DNA of 50,754 nucleotides, filler included, from Sphacelaria rigidula (Eukaryota): assembly GCA_964200075.2 (NCBI GenBank). It is 3 parts of 3 records of this genome, joined end to end, with 100 filler letters (N's around TTAATTAATTAA, not from the genome) between each part and the next. Parts side by side here need not be neighbours in the genome. Positions count along the whole stretch, not along the records: positions 1 to 16,855 come from CAXNAA020001234.1; positions 16,956 to 33,805 come from CAXNAA020001235.1; 1 more part is not named here. One strand, 5' to 3'. The position numbers and the translations under genes are program-made. Every line of letters starts with the position of its first letter. The stretch's first letter is position 1. The notes below the pieces were generated by a model. It was not told the DNA's origin, did not search any database, and saw nothing but the letters and a program-made list of their open reading frames with translations. Shown here one piece after another: positions 13,194-27,556 of this stretch.

Positions 13194-15667
13194 GTGAGAT
13201 TCTCGTATCATCTGGTATGCTTTGGCCTAGATGGTGTAATTAACAGTATGGCGTTCTTCATCCAAGTTGCACTTGCCATAGCTCACCCAGGGGTGCGGCT
13301 GCTCTGTCACGTACGCCCGTTACGCCATCACGTTGCTTCGACCAACAGACAGGAGAACAACAACGCAATCCTTGGGCCACTGCAACATGATACTGTACCG
13401 TTTGCAGCAGTGCCGTACATAACAAGGTACAGTACAGTGACTCAATCGCTCGGAGCACCAGATCATGTTCATCAAGCCGGTTTGACCTCTGAAGCAGTGG
13501 ACGGTCATCGGTTCAGAGATCAAATCTGCTTGAGGAACGAAAAAATTGCACATACGCTCGTCCATATCCTGTTTTACTGAAGCGAGCTTTTGACCTCTGC
13601 ACCAGGGAGCACTCACACCACTTGAGCTCACAAAGGTCGACCTATCTGCTTGACGAGTACATAACACATGGGAGAATCACAGTACAGTACGCCAAGCTCA
13701 AACCATAACTGGAAACGCCGCTAGAGTCTCTTGTTGAATATTGCGCTGCCCTGATATCGTGTGGAACGTTTTTGAAGTGATGGTGCACAGCCACAAATTC
13801 CAAAAGTTTCAATTGAAGCACCAGGAACATCCGTTCCAAGTGGGACCTGGAGGTGCCCACGGACACTAACTGACCACACGGACAACTCACTGTACGGTGT
13901 CACTGATGACGCAAGGCGTTCATCAATTGAAGGATCTCTGCACCACAACTATCGAGACATTGGTTGCATTTTTTTCACGCATCCGCACACTGGTGCAGTC
14001 TTGAAAGATTTTCGTAGCCATGCCCAGACCCGAGAGCGCACCACGGCACAACAGGAGTTGTAGACATTAACGTACAGTACGTAGATTGCAGTAAAATGGT
14101 TGATATATGTTCTAAATAAAGCCAGCGCAGAAGCAAAGCGTCGATACTTTTGCGCAGCTGACGCTTTTCTTCCTGAGAAAAGAAACGACACGACCCGCGC
14201 ACGCGGTCCCCCGGCCGTGTAGACAGGGTTCTTCACCACACGTATGTCGGCCCATCTGTTCTGAAATGACCTCGATTCTTATGTCGCTGGTCGAACTAAC
14301 GGAGTGGAGCTGATTGTAGACTGCCTCTAAACTCTTACATACGCCAGCCTCGATAAATGAAGTGTGCGATTTGTGTGCGGCTCTTTCTCTATCAGCTTCG
14401 TGGCTCTCACCCACGGCTCAGGCACTTCGTGACGGATAGATACCTGCCCCTTGTGGGTAGTTGGTATGTTCGTCATGGAGCGGTAAAGGTTCAATGTTGC
14501 AGGCTTCTGCAATGAACAGAGCAACAAAGGTCACTGCGAAGAGAAGCATGTACTTCAACGTAGACTACATGAGAAATGCGTTTCCTCATCCCAGTCGTTT
14601 GGTAGAGCTGAGAGTTCGAGTACATCGGCGTTGGATTTTTCCCGTTGTTTTATCGTGCGTATACTACTGCTGTTGTTGTAGTGTGAGCCGAAACCGAACA
14701 AATTGCAAGAATAATACCCCCACGGCTGTTCGAAAGTTGAAGTATGGCAGAAGAACACGAAGGTAGATTCCCCGCAAGCGTGTCCTGTACCTCACTGGAA
14801 TAAAAAATAGTTGTCAAAACGTTCAACAAATGCTGGTATGGAGAAAATTATCCTGCAAGTCCTGTCTATGTATTATTTTAGCTTCTGTGTTAGTCTTCCT
14901 CCTGTATAGCCCCGGCTGATGCGCCCACGTATACCGAAGAAAGTTGTAGAATGGCGTCCAGAATAGGTGGGATGACAACACAACACTGTATTGTATTGTT
15001 CGGTACCATGTTGTACTGTGTGCTGGTTTCACAGACAGGACACACGCGCCTCCTGGCTTGTTGCTCAGGACCTTGTGGATATTATGTACGTTTTTTTCTT
15101 GTTTACAGCGAACACGCAACGGGTTCTCGTTTCTCAACATTCTTGAGAGCAAAGGCACTCCACACTTTTTTCTTTAAATTCCTCAACCCCGATCTCCGAC
15201 ATGCAGCATTGCTTTCGATGAAGCGTTGGCCCGGGCGGCCATTGCAAACTAACTCATGAGCAATTTCACTTCGTTTTTGCGTGGCACCTCTCTGGGGATA
15301 TGGGTCGTCAACACGTCAGTGACACTGCTGTCAGCTCACGCGGGGACAAGCCTAGATGAACCAAGCAGCCGTGGCTGACAACTCAATTATTCAATAAGCA
15401 TAGTCACAGCGCACGGGATTCCTGACTTGACTTTCACATTCAGATATTATGTCATGCACTGGCGGGTTTTCTAGACTTCGGCTCCAAAATCCCCGGGTTG
15501 AACATGGTTTTTGTCAAACCTCGAAATCATGAGGTTAACGCTGACCACAACCGAAGGCGAAGAAGGTTGAGTCTAACGCGCAGTACGCACACGAAGCGAA
15601 CGCTGAGGACTGTGAGCCCCCTGAAGATCCGAATATGGTTGGTCGATCCGAAGATCTATGTTACTTA

Positions 15668-15856
15668 GGCTATGTCTTATCAAATTGTTTTGGTGCCGAA
15701 AACGTGCGGTCGAATCGAATTCGCTTGTTTCTGATTCGTCCACGGTACTATTTTTTCAGATTTTTGGGGACATGAATGCCGTGGACGTATTAGGTACAAG
15801 CAAACTCGATTCCACCGTACGTTTTCGAGTCGAGAACAGTTTGATAAGACACGGCC
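15668..15856. mobile_element. PIF/Harbinger (Tourist-like) fold-back MITE
   Basis: Imperfect terminal inverted repeats of ~80 bp (GGCTATGTCTTATCAAA... / ...TTTGATAAGACACGGCC), flanked by TTA on both sides (15665-67, 15857-59). Confidence 0.75.
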
Positions 15857-16691
15857 TTAGTCGAAGAACTTGCTTTTTCGAAAAGTCCTGCAGTGTCTGA
15901 GATCTCCAAATCGTCCCGAGGGTAGCGGGGTAGCGTTCTTATCGAGTTCTACCGTTGCCACTGGATCTCTCATCACGCATACAGTGTTGATCTCGTCGTC
16001 GGCTCGTCTTCGCCGTCCCGAGGACACCACTCTCGCCAACACACGTCTACTCTCCGACATTGCCCAGGGTTTCACTGGCAAAGTTCCTCCTTAGTCTCGA
16101 ACGCTTGCGAGTGCCACGGCGTACACAAAGGGTAGCTTTCCGAAGTGCTTTTGGGTTCTAGTCCGACTTCGAATCGTTTGGGCTTCTGCAAAATTGAAGC
16201 CTCAGAGAAAGAATCGAGTCGCCTCATATTCGGAGAAGTCTGAACGCAGACTCCGAAATGTTGGGAAATGTTAGAGATCTCCAAAAAACGTCGTCGATAT
16301 GAATGGGCCTGATGGTCGCGCATCAACTGGTGTGCCACAAATCCAGCCGTACACGAAAGGAGATGGACCCAAGGTAAATACCTGGGAGGGAAACTCAAGA
16401 AAGGAAAAATGCAAAGAGGAAGAAACGAAGGAATACAATCAACCCAAAGCGGTAAAACTATTCAGTATGAAGAACGACTGGACACTCCCGCATGGCTTCC
16501 GGTGAGAGTGCCGAGCAAAACCAAAACTGATAGCGAACTGAAAACACAAGGTCGTGGGAGCAGTGTGCGATTCAGCTATCTGGGGACGGCACTATTTGGG
16601 CAGGAACTTTCACCCACCAGCGCCGCAGGAGAAGGGCACAAATACTACCGTAATAACAATGACACGGCGCAGACGTTGGGGGGGGCGGCGT

Positions 16692-16832
16692 TCTCATGTG
16701 TTGCTTGCCTTAGTCGTCTGACGATTGACCACGCATCCCTTTCGAGACGGAGTAAAGTGGGGGGGGGGCGTACTCATTTGTTGCTTGCCTTAGTCGTGTG
16801 ACCATTGACCACGCGTCCCTTTCGAGACGGAG
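16692..16832 (+). repeat. Direct repeat, two ~60-bp copies at the contig end
   Basis: TGTTGCTTGCCTTAGTCGT..GAC.ATTGACCACGC.TCCCTTTCGAGACGGAG occurs twice, each copy preceded by a G run. Confidence 0.8.
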
Positions 16833-16855
16833 CACCGTTCCTACTCCTAATAGCG

Positions 16856-16955
16856 NNNNNNNNNNNNNNNNNNNNNNNNNNNNNNNNNNNNNNNNNNNNT
16901 TAATTAATTAANNNNNNNNNNNNNNNNNNNNNNNNNNNNNNNNNNNNNNNNNNNN
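16856..16955. other. Artificial contig spacer N44-TTAATTAATTAA-N44
   Basis: Exactly 100 bp. The 12-mer gives stop codons in all six frames and is identical to the spacer at 33806-33905. Confidence 0.97.
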
Positions 16956-16992
<37 letters not shown>

Positions 16993-17615
16993 TAACAATA
17001 GTAATAATAATAATAATGATGATGATAATAATGATAATAATAAAAATAACTGTATTTGTTGTCCATAGCGACCGATGACGCGCTTGGTCACCACGTAGAA
17101 TGTGTGCGAAGCAAGTGTACAGTGCGAAAGTTGGCGACTATGCGATGCTTTGAGAGCGAGCAAGTGCCAGATTCCGTAGAGCGCGAATTCAGATTTTTCT
17201 TTCCTCCGAACAAGTATTTCAATCGTCAGAGTTCCTTCTTGATCATCGTATGAAATGTAGAGACCGGTCAAACTTATGTGCATGAATTCAGGAGTAGTTG
17301 CGGTACGTCTTAAGCTACCGTAGCACACTTGAGTAAGTCCAAACATATCGTCTAGCCTTCATGACAGTGAAAACTATCAAGAAGATACGATATAACTTCA
17401 CGAATGGAGGCAGGACGACTGAATTCCGCACATCATTGAGCAATACCCTCGTGGTCAAGTCAAGCCTGCGCTGCAAAAATGTTCCCACCGCTGAGTGTCG
17501 TTAGAGCAAACTATGAACCTGAATCGCTTCGCCGAAATCAAGGAACCTTCTCGTCGAACTTGATAGATAGCTCTGTTTTTGTTGTACGTACCGTTTAGGC
17601 ACAGATAATTCTCAC

Positions 17616-20600
17616 CTCCACCATCCAGTTCTCGATGTTTTTGCCTACCGGGTTCACAGGCTCCTTGAATGGGACCTGGTAACCGACAGAAAACAATGAC
17701 ACCTTTAACCATCAGCAGACATTCATTATGGTGGTCGCCCTTTCCCAATCTACCTGTTACGGGTGGCGGATTTTTCTGTGAGCTTCTTGATAATGGTGAC
17801 GTCATCGCCTGCTTTAAATGTCCCCTAGGCCAAGATAAGGGGGAGACGGGAGATGTACGAGTACCTGTTGATTGTTCACTGGTACAAGATAATCACGCCC
17901 ACAATACCTTACTCTTGATTCGGCATCAAAATGTTGCTGTTTGGGGAAAACCGAGTGAACGTATAGCGTGTATATCAAGGTGTTACGATTGTCCGACCAT
18001 TTAAAACCTCAAGTTTCATGCTCGCTCCTACGGTCTGATGAGCAAGCGACCCGCTCTCGATGCGTAACTCGACCCTCGAGTACCGCCTGCAATTCTAACA
18101 AAAGTGGTATCGCACCTTTTCTCCCTCCGACGAGTTCATGCCATGGATTGTCAGGTCGTCTGCAAAGTCGACAGTCTTGATTCCCTCAAAGCATTTCCGA
18201 AGGTGTGGCTGAACTCGAAGAGGGTCCTGAGCATTTCCGGTTCCAATGGTGCAGCAGGCGACCGCAGCACGAGTTAGTACTGTCAAAACTCGTGAATCAC
18301 GCTGGGAATAACCAGGTGTCAAAACTTGTAATTCTGGTGATATCAGGTGTTATCCGACCGGCGCTCTTCCCCATAACTACATTCTTTGCGCTGCCGCAAT
18401 AAGAGGCTTGAACTAAAGCGTGCCCATCGGAGGACAAGTTGTGGCGAAAATTTCTGGTGGAAAATTGACATTGAATCTTGAGAAAGAGTCCCAACACACA
18501 ACACACGAAAAAAAGGGAATAGGAGTGTCTGATGTGCTTTGCTTTTGTCGATTGTTGTTATTTTTTTTCCATTTTTCATGGTCTACTATGTAGTTCTGTT
18601 CGATTTTTTTCTGTTTATTCTTTCCTTGAGCAAGTGTTTCATTTTTTTTTTTTAGTACGTCTATCATGCGACCACGGCTGGACCCATGAGTGGTCAGTTA
18701 AAGTGCAACCATCAATCAATCAATCATCAATCAATCCATGTCTCGCATAGAGGGCGCCACAACTACAAGGGTATCGAAAGTCGACGACACTGTTTGTAAT
18801 GGTGCTTATGATGTAGCTTCCTACTGAGTTTTCTCCTCCTGCTCGGTTGTACCTTTGTCTGACTCAGGATCTCGAGCAGTTCGTCGTTGGACAAGAAATA
18901 GAAGCGACTGAAGCCTGCCCGTTTGGTCTCGAGATAGTCGCTGAGGCCCTTCTGAACCATGTCCAGCAGCTTTGCACTCTCGCGGAATTTCTCCAGGAGC
19001 TTTTTATCGTTGCAGAACTTGATGCACCTGGCGCATGTGAGGATGCCTCTAGTCAGTGTAATGTCTGATGAAAGCAGAATGGCCACGATGTTCCCACCCT
19101 CCGGGACGTACAATACACGATCCAATGCAGCGTCTGATACAACTACGGCACAGCCGTTGTTGCGCACGGGGTCCGTATGATTACAATCGACAAGTTCAGC
19201 ACGGGAGTGTTGCCCGGAGGGTACTTGTAGTAGACGGGTGTCGTACAAACTTTGATTAGGTTGACACTCTGGAGCATTTTGTAACGATACAGCCGTATTG
19301 GTAAGGTGCAACACTGGTCGATACCGTGTTGTATGCTGACCTTCTAGTTAGACACATCGCTAGCTGATCGTCGTAGTATTCAGCCCGACGACTACATGTA
19401 CTCGTTTTGCGACTAAGGTACACTGTCAGTGTCCTGGAATAGTCACCATGCTACCTGTACGACTGCATGTGGGGGTAGCACACAATATCCGGACGGCAGG
19501 CGCGTCTCGAGAGACGGCTAGTATCGAGAAAAAAGGGGATACTTTACGAATATCTTATTCTAGGACAATCAGCACGAGTCAAAATGTCCCACCATGCTAA
19601 CAAGACTAAGTACAGTCTTGTCGTTGGTTCGCAGAGTAGAGGCTGTAGAGGGTGTACAAGAAACTGCTTGCTCACAGTGATCCTCCCGATCCTGCAGATG
19701 CCATCGTTGCCCTCCAGTGTTTGTCAACGCTTGCGAATCGCTTCCCCTCGGCAGGAAGCTGCTTGTTGATGTCTTCCGAATCGAAAATAGGCTGAAGGTA
19801 CAGCCAGTTGCGCTGCACGGCCAGCCACTCGTCGATCACCTCGCTCACCACCTGCTCAAGAAATATTCGCATATATGTGCATATTTTATACGTTTGTTTT
19901 CATGTTTGTTCACCACTGATGCTGTTGCGGTGGTTGTGTTCAGCTCGTGCTGGGCTCGTGGGTAAGACTTCACACCCAAGTAGCATGGTTCCTAAGTAGC
20001 TGAGCCACAACTCACTTTCACAGTATTTCACGTTCCGTTTTGTTTTGTTGTCGTTTTGCACAACCTCCTTACCTGAAGCCCTACGGCAGGTACCGGCCAT
20101 GATGAGTCGTTTTTATCGGTACAGGTGCTAGACTAATCCTGGAGCAATTGCCTACGTGGCTAACCTGCAAGTGTTTTGTGTCAACCGTGGAGTGTTTGCG
20201 AGTGGCGCACGAGCCGTACTCTTTAACTTGACACTGACCAAGATTCCAGAGTGTTCCTCATATCACGTTACTTGAAAGTTCAGACTTGTAAATCAAATGT
20301 TACCATTCATATTATGCTAATTTGATGGAGTTCTGACGTTGGCATCATGGATATAATACCTGCTCTCGACATGTCTCCACGCTTTCGTATTTGGATCGAT
20401 CACACAGACCTAGCGTGGAAACTAAAGCACTCATTTTACTGTGCAGCGGAAGTATGGCGACGGATCAGGGTTTGCTGGTGGTGGTGCTTCCCTCTTTCCA
20501 TGAAAGTCATCACACTCTCGACGAGTCAACACAAGGCACGGGTACAATAGGCTCCCATGACGTACGCTGTCACATGACACTCCAGGGGAGCCTCGCATTA

Positions 20601-23600
20601 TCGTGCAACCTCCATCTGAAATATGAATGTCCACCTACGATATCCATGTGGCATGTCAGATCCATCTGAGTTAGTCATCTAGGATGTGGATGTCCATCTG
20701 GGATAATCCATATGGGATGTGGACTCCCATCTGGATAGAGAGCTCCAAGACCTTCACAATCTCGGGACGTTGTACATCAGTAACGTCATGTTAATGATTT
20801 GGCCCACGAAGAGGCAAGACTGGTAACGTCTAAGCTGACCGTATGCAGTCCGTGCGACTGGGTGAATCCAGTCGAGAGAAGAACGATGTAGCAGGCACCA
20901 TGTACTGTAGAAGACAAGGAGCTAATAAACATACCTGCAGAGTATTGTTCCAGTTTTCGATCCTTTCCTCGAATGGTCCCTTGAACGTACTGAAAGTCAT
21001 GGCCTGCGTGATGGTAATGTGCTCGTCCAAGAGTGCCATATATTCATCCACCCCCTTCAGCACGCTGGTGCCTGTTTCATCAATCCATATTTGAGTGATC
21101 CAAAAACGTTCAGTGGTGCTAAAATCGTGCGCAATCGCGATGTATGACGGTGAGAATATCTTTGTCGCAGGTGCGATCCTGCACGCACTATACTCGATTT
21201 CGTGCTGTGCCTCGATAATGTGCGACGAAGCTCGTGTTCCACACCGCCGCCCTCCACCGAGGGTCCTGCATCGGTATCATGGGCGTGTATCCACTACATC
21301 CACTGCATACTTTGACAAGTTGACGCGATGAGAATCTTGAGATCGTCGGGGAGAACCGTACGCAAGTGCAAAGTATGGAATCTGCTTTGTTACCGCGAAG
21401 CGTCGTTTAATACTTGATAGTGCTATTTGTTGTAGAATACATGTGACCACGGGTTCGCGAGATCGGACTAATGTGCGGGAATAATAGTAATAATAATAAT
21501 AATGATAATGATGATAACTTGACGCTTTAAACCACATGCAGGTACATATAGACCATGTTCGCGGCTGAAACGATTACGTTGGCATACAAAACACTGTGGC
21601 CCTACACCGACGGTTGAATGATGCTTTCCGTACTCTTGGTTCCGAAGTTTTTGCAGTTATCGTTGACAAACGTTGCTTTCACTAAGTGAGACTACTGTTT
21701 ATACAATCGAAACCCGCACCTGTTTCTCGGTAGTCCTCAATCACGAGTTTTACCGCCGACCACGCTCCCTGCATCTTGTCCAAGGCAGACTCTATGGCGA
21801 ACTCTTTGCTGGCAGTTTCACTAACTTTGGTGATCACAGCGGCGTTTTTATGTAGCTCCTGCTCGATCACGCTGGAGGAGAAGGACATCGGTTGTGGGTG
21901 TAATGTATTCTCCAGTGTGAGCACTACACCGCCATACGAGGAACTATCATTGCCGCAGGAAACATGTGAAATAGTTTGTTTTCCCCTCACACTTTGAAGC
22001 TCTCCCTTTCCTCGGGATGGGTGCGTGGTCTCAAGGGATCAACCGATCTTTCCCCCAGTACGTGCCTTCTATTTTGGTCTCGCGGATTGGGTCAGCTCTC
22101 CCGCACCGCGTCAACTCCCGTCACACACACCCAGTCGACTACTTTGGTTACTCACGTTCTCACGCTTTCCATGGTGGAAATCATATATTACGAAGAAAAA
22201 ACCCAACGCATCGGGAATCGAACCCCCGTTCTCTCCACCCTAGTGGCGACAGTCGGACCATTACACCACCGGGGCGCGGCTATGAATGTAAGTTATATTC
22301 CGAAGTGCAGTGGTTCGGATATAGGCAATTCCGAAATGAAATGCTGCGAAATAGCGCTGTTCCGGAACAGCTGTCATCGCCTTGTGCCGCCCTGTGGGTA
22401 GTACGGGGTATCGCCAGGGATACGGGGTGATTACCTCTGATGGGGGGCTGGAACTCATGCTGATCTATGCTCATTGGCTGGACAGTCTGAAGTAGTAACA
22501 CCATCATATGAGAGAGGAACACATGCATTTACGAGTCTTGTCTTCTACAAATATTTATGGGAATCCAAAAGCGGGTAAGAGTTTCTCCACACATGGCGGA
22601 GGATAAATGCATCGCAAACAGTTGCGTGGAAATTCCTCGTCTGTTCTAAGTCATTGAGCGGGTGGCTTGTGTGACGAGTACACGACGGGGGAATATGAGG
22701 GAGTAGGCAAAAGAGAAAACAGCAATGGAGAATCACTGTGTACAGACTGTCTCTATCACGAAACTCGCATATCCTTGCTAGAAGCGTGTTCGTGGATTGC
22801 TTACGTGGTGAGAGAGTAGTTATCGTCCGGGTGAAGGTCCACCCCTAGTTTCTCACTCAAAAGGTCCCAATGTCGATCTCTCATTCCCGCTGTTCGGAGA
22901 CCCGTAATCACCGGCAAAAACGGCAGGAACTCGTCCACCTGTCGCATTCGCACAACAAAACGAAGTGCGTGGTTTCAACCCTAATGCGCGTCACAACTCT
23001 GACCCTCCCCTGCTCCCGACATCACATCGAGCAATAACGTTTGTCGCATCAGACGGGCACAGGAATATCGCGAGGATGTCGAAGATCAGATGATGGCCAC
23101 ATTTGAGTCATCCCGTGATGCCTGGGAAGCAATGAGTACCCCATCGTTCCGAGTGCATATGAAATTCTCTTGAAGCCGTACTTCCTCTGTGTCATAAGTC
23201 TGTGCAGTTATGGACGTTTGATTCTTTGGGTATTTCAACGCTGACGATCATCCTATAGTTGGGTTCGTTAGCGAGATAACAAGCAGACGAAGTTGACTCA
23301 AAAAAAAAAAGAGAAGAAAAAGACTTGTTTTCAGTACTAATTTTAGGTCAAAATGTCCCCCATTTTGACCCTTTTTGGTCCACTTATACCCCAATGTCGA
23401 CCGATTTTGGACGTTTTTACGTCGAGCACTAGCGATCACAAGCTGAAAATTTGTCAGATGGGGCGTGCGTATGTTAACGTCACGGAGATGTCCAAATCAG
23501 TGGTGGTTTTGCGGTTTTCACATTTTTTTCACGATTTTCCGCGATTTCCGGGTCTGCTGTGCTTCACTGAGAAAAAAAAGAGAAAACTGCCCAAATTTTG

Positions 23601-26105
23601 ACCGGCTCACTTTTTCTCGGTCGCGAGTCTGCAGGGGTCAAGCACTCATGTTGCAGAAAGAGTATGGTTTTTAGCTCAAAAAACGCTAACGAATGCAGCC
23701 AAAAAATCGAAAATTAAATCGGACATCGTTAAGGGCTCATATAAACATAACTGCACAGACTTGTGACACAGAGGAAGTATGTATATAAGCATCATTCTGT
23801 GTTGAAGACCATCCCCCTGGAAAGCCACCCCGGCGCTTCAAGTGCGCTCTGCCGTATTTACCGCAACGCTGAGAAAGGCTTTTAATATAACATTGGATTG
23901 CATCACTCAATGCATATATGATAAAACATATATGTCGCGCTTGCGCGGCCGATCGACACTACATAGGGGATGGGAAAGTATCCTTCAGGTCCGGCCATTG
24001 CATGGTCACTTCACGGTGGTCACAGTCCGGACTTCACTCATGCGTCGATTTCACTAAATAGCTTTCACCTGTTCCTTGACACTACTTGCGATCTTGGAGC
24101 AGCCGTCAAGTCCATTTGAGTCGAAAAAGCGACCCGTCTTGGTGAGCGTCCTGGACACCAACGTCACATTCTTCTCCACCTGCGCGGTAAGCACCAGCAA
24201 TTGAGCGCAGGGATTTGAGCATGTCGTTTAATGCTTGCATGAGTACACAAAGCGAAGCTGTGGGGTAGAGTATACACAACAACAGGTATGTACGAGAAAT
24301 TCGGGGATGTAAAGCCGCACCCGAGACACTTGGAGATGAAAAATACTTTGGTAGTGCATGTCATGCTTGTTTCAGCATTGATCGCTACAATTAGGCGATC
24401 AAAAGAGAGCACAATCGACCTGAAGCGAATTCGTGTAGAGGAAACTCGAAATATGATAGGTTACACCCACCCCACCAGTACCACTGTGTGCAATACAATA
24501 TTATTGCTTCCGCAGAGGGGGTATACACCCCCAAGTTAAGGCTACTGCAAGACCATCGGATTCACGAGGCTTCGGCGGGATGTACTGTGCCCCCTTCGGA
24601 ATAGATGCCACATCATGTACGTAGATCGCCCAAGATGCCCTGTCTTTATTTTTTTCGGTCTACTCCTTGCGTCGGTTTCACCTTCCTGCTCTTGTCGCTT
24701 TCCTTCAGCGAGTGTTTCCATTCTGTTTTCATCTTGGGCAAGCCTATCTTGTGAACAATGACGACGGCTCGATCCTTGGTGGATCAGTTAATGTGCGACA
24801 ATCACTCAAATCAATCAACCACACTCCAGCTGTGTCGAGGGGGGGCTTTTGCTCTTCTGTTTTCTTGACGCCTCCTTTTTTCATTTCTTGTTTTGGTTTT
24901 GGCATCTCAAAAGAACCCACTCGATGAGCGCTTCTATATCATGTAAGGAATAGTAAGAGACAGTACTGGAGAGGCAAGCCTACGTCTGTCACCACGGGTG
25001 TGAGAGGTTAGGCTGATGTGCTCAAAAAACAATCATGAGTTATGATTATTCCGTCAAGCAGGCGATTGCATTAGTAGAAATGCCCTTTGATTGATGTGAT
25101 GGAATGTCACATATGAACTGATAATGATCCTCAGGAAATCAAGTTGTGTTCACAAGATAGACGTACGTAACGTACCACAGGTGAACAAAACTCGACCTCT
25201 CGCTAAAGGAAACTCGAGAAAAGAACAAGACAAGATAAAGAAAGATGGAACAAGCGGAGCGGCTGAACGAAAGGACCAAATCTGATACTGCAGGAGGAAT
25301 GGAAAGTGAAAGGGAAGGAGAGAAGAGGAGAGGAAAATAGAGGAGAGGAAAAGAGAGGAGAGAAGAGAAGAAAGGAAAGCAAAGCAAAGGAAATCAAAGG
25401 AACAACAACAAGGAACAACAACAACAACAGCAACAACAACAACAACAACAACAATAATGGATCATGACAACAACACTGCTCACTGTACCTCTTCGGCGTC
25501 GAGCGACAGAAATGAGTCGTTCATCCAGCCCTTATGCCACAGCATCCAATCGTCTACCCTCTTCCACATTTCGCAGTACGGTTCGAAGGCCTTCTGAATG
25601 TCCGCCAGTAAATCATACTCGGTAGATCCCTTTCCGAAGAGCCTGCCTCACACCACAAAGTAAGTATGAGCAAATGTAACAAACACCACAAAAAATGACA
25701 ACGCTCGGTCAACGATGTGTTGAATCGGAATCGTCAGTTGAGGTGCACAGGGCACATCACTCGCCCGATTATTGAATGGGCGAGTTTTGCTTTTGCTAAC
25801 CTCAGCTGAAGCCCCAGCATGAGCCCGTCGGAGCTTTCTCAGAACCGACACCTAGATCTCAGCGTGGTGTTTTTCGTGTTTTTTCTTGCATCATCTGTTC
25901 TGCTCTTGTTTTTTTTTCATCATCGTTATGTTATTTGCTTTTCACAGCGTACAGCGTGAATTCTTCTGGGTCCTATTCCATTTCTTCTTTACCTCCTTAT
26001 ACCTTATTTGGGGTAGTTAGCCTCTGACCGCGAAATGCGTCCGCATCACATGCCCAGTACAGATTACTGCGCAGATATCGGAACGGTTTTCATTGTGAAG
26101 ATATC

Positions 26106-26157
<52 letters not shown>

Positions 26158-27506
26158 GTATCAACAACAACAGCTTACGGTGTCTCTTCTCGTTTTTTCT
26201 CTAGTACTTTTGCATTTCCCCCTTTTCTCAGGTCTCCTTTAGCGATTGTTTCCGTTCTGTTAGCCTTAAGTATATCTATGTTGTGACCACGACTAGACTC
26301 GTAGTGGATCAGGTCATGCGCGACAATCAACCGGTCAATCAATCTATCGAATGCATGGGGGGATAACTATTAAGATAGATGGACCCCTTTTCCGTCCCCA
26401 AGATTAGTATCGTTATCAAGATTATCGTAGAACACCCGGCTGTTGTATTGGAGCTTTCACAGGTAGGCGTTGAATCGTGAAATCGTCGATAGCGGCAAGT
26501 GAGTGAGGTGGCATGAGGGCTAGGTCGAAAATCCGAGGCGGCTCGCTCATGATCGGGCTTTGTCGCGTATGCGCCCCACTATGAACAGGGCCCGTAACCC
26601 GCAAATCCCCCCTCCGACTGCCAAGTAGCCGATTCACGTCCGTTTGTATCTTTGCGGGCATTCATCCTTCTGACCTTCATGCCCGCCTAAATACCCCCAC
26701 GACGCATATTTTCAACTTCTTTGCATTCGAAACGCTAAGTTTGCCGGGGCACGGATGCTATCGGCGGAGGGCTGTGCTCACAAACGTTTGGCCGGCTGGA
26801 CCCCTACCGCAGGAAATGATATAGGCGAAAAATGGAAGCCACCACTGTTCCTTGAAAACTCCGCGTATGAGACCCAATCAATGTTTCGACAGCAGCCTCA
26901 ACAGGCGCGCAAGAAAAAGGGTGTGACAGTACGTGTTCCCAGAACCCGACGATCGGACAGCTTACTGCTCTCTGGAGTTGAAAAGGACGGCCTGTTCGGC
27001 GCACTCCTCCATATCCTTTTCCATCCTTCGCACGATGGAAGACACTTGCTCCACCTTGCTCAGGTCCGTGAAATGAGACATCTTGTTCACCTGTTGGTGG
27101 TTTGTGTTCCGGTTTTCATTGCGCTTGTAAGGTCAGATGAAATGATTCGTACAAGTGCTCGTTCAGCATGATTGTCATGTTGATCTCCCGCTCTAGTGTC
27201 TAGCCACAGCTGATCTTACATCTCAGGGTTAGGCCACCATAAAGCAAAACGATTGACTCTGATAATTGATTGATTGATTGCTGGTTGATTGTTCATTCGT
27301 CATCACATGCCGCACACTAATCGATTCCCGAGGGATCCAGACGCGACCACGCGGAAGGAGAACGCACCGCAGGCAAAACAAAAAGGAAAAATTTGCTGAA
27401 CAAAAATCGAGGGGACGATGGGTGAAAAAAGAGACACGTAAAGAACGATAAAAGGATAGAATGACAAATAGAACAGACGGCATAAACTGAAAGAGAGAGA
27501 AAGAGA

Positions 27507-27556
<50 letters not shown>

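Noticed and set aside
13194..13580. C-terminal ~130 aa of the 515-aa ORF
   Set aside because: Ankyrin periodicity ends at a GT donor; the remainder looks like intron read-through.
16900..16911. TTAATTAATTAA palindrome as a biological site
   Set aside because: Embedded in symmetric N runs and repeated identically: an assembly linker.
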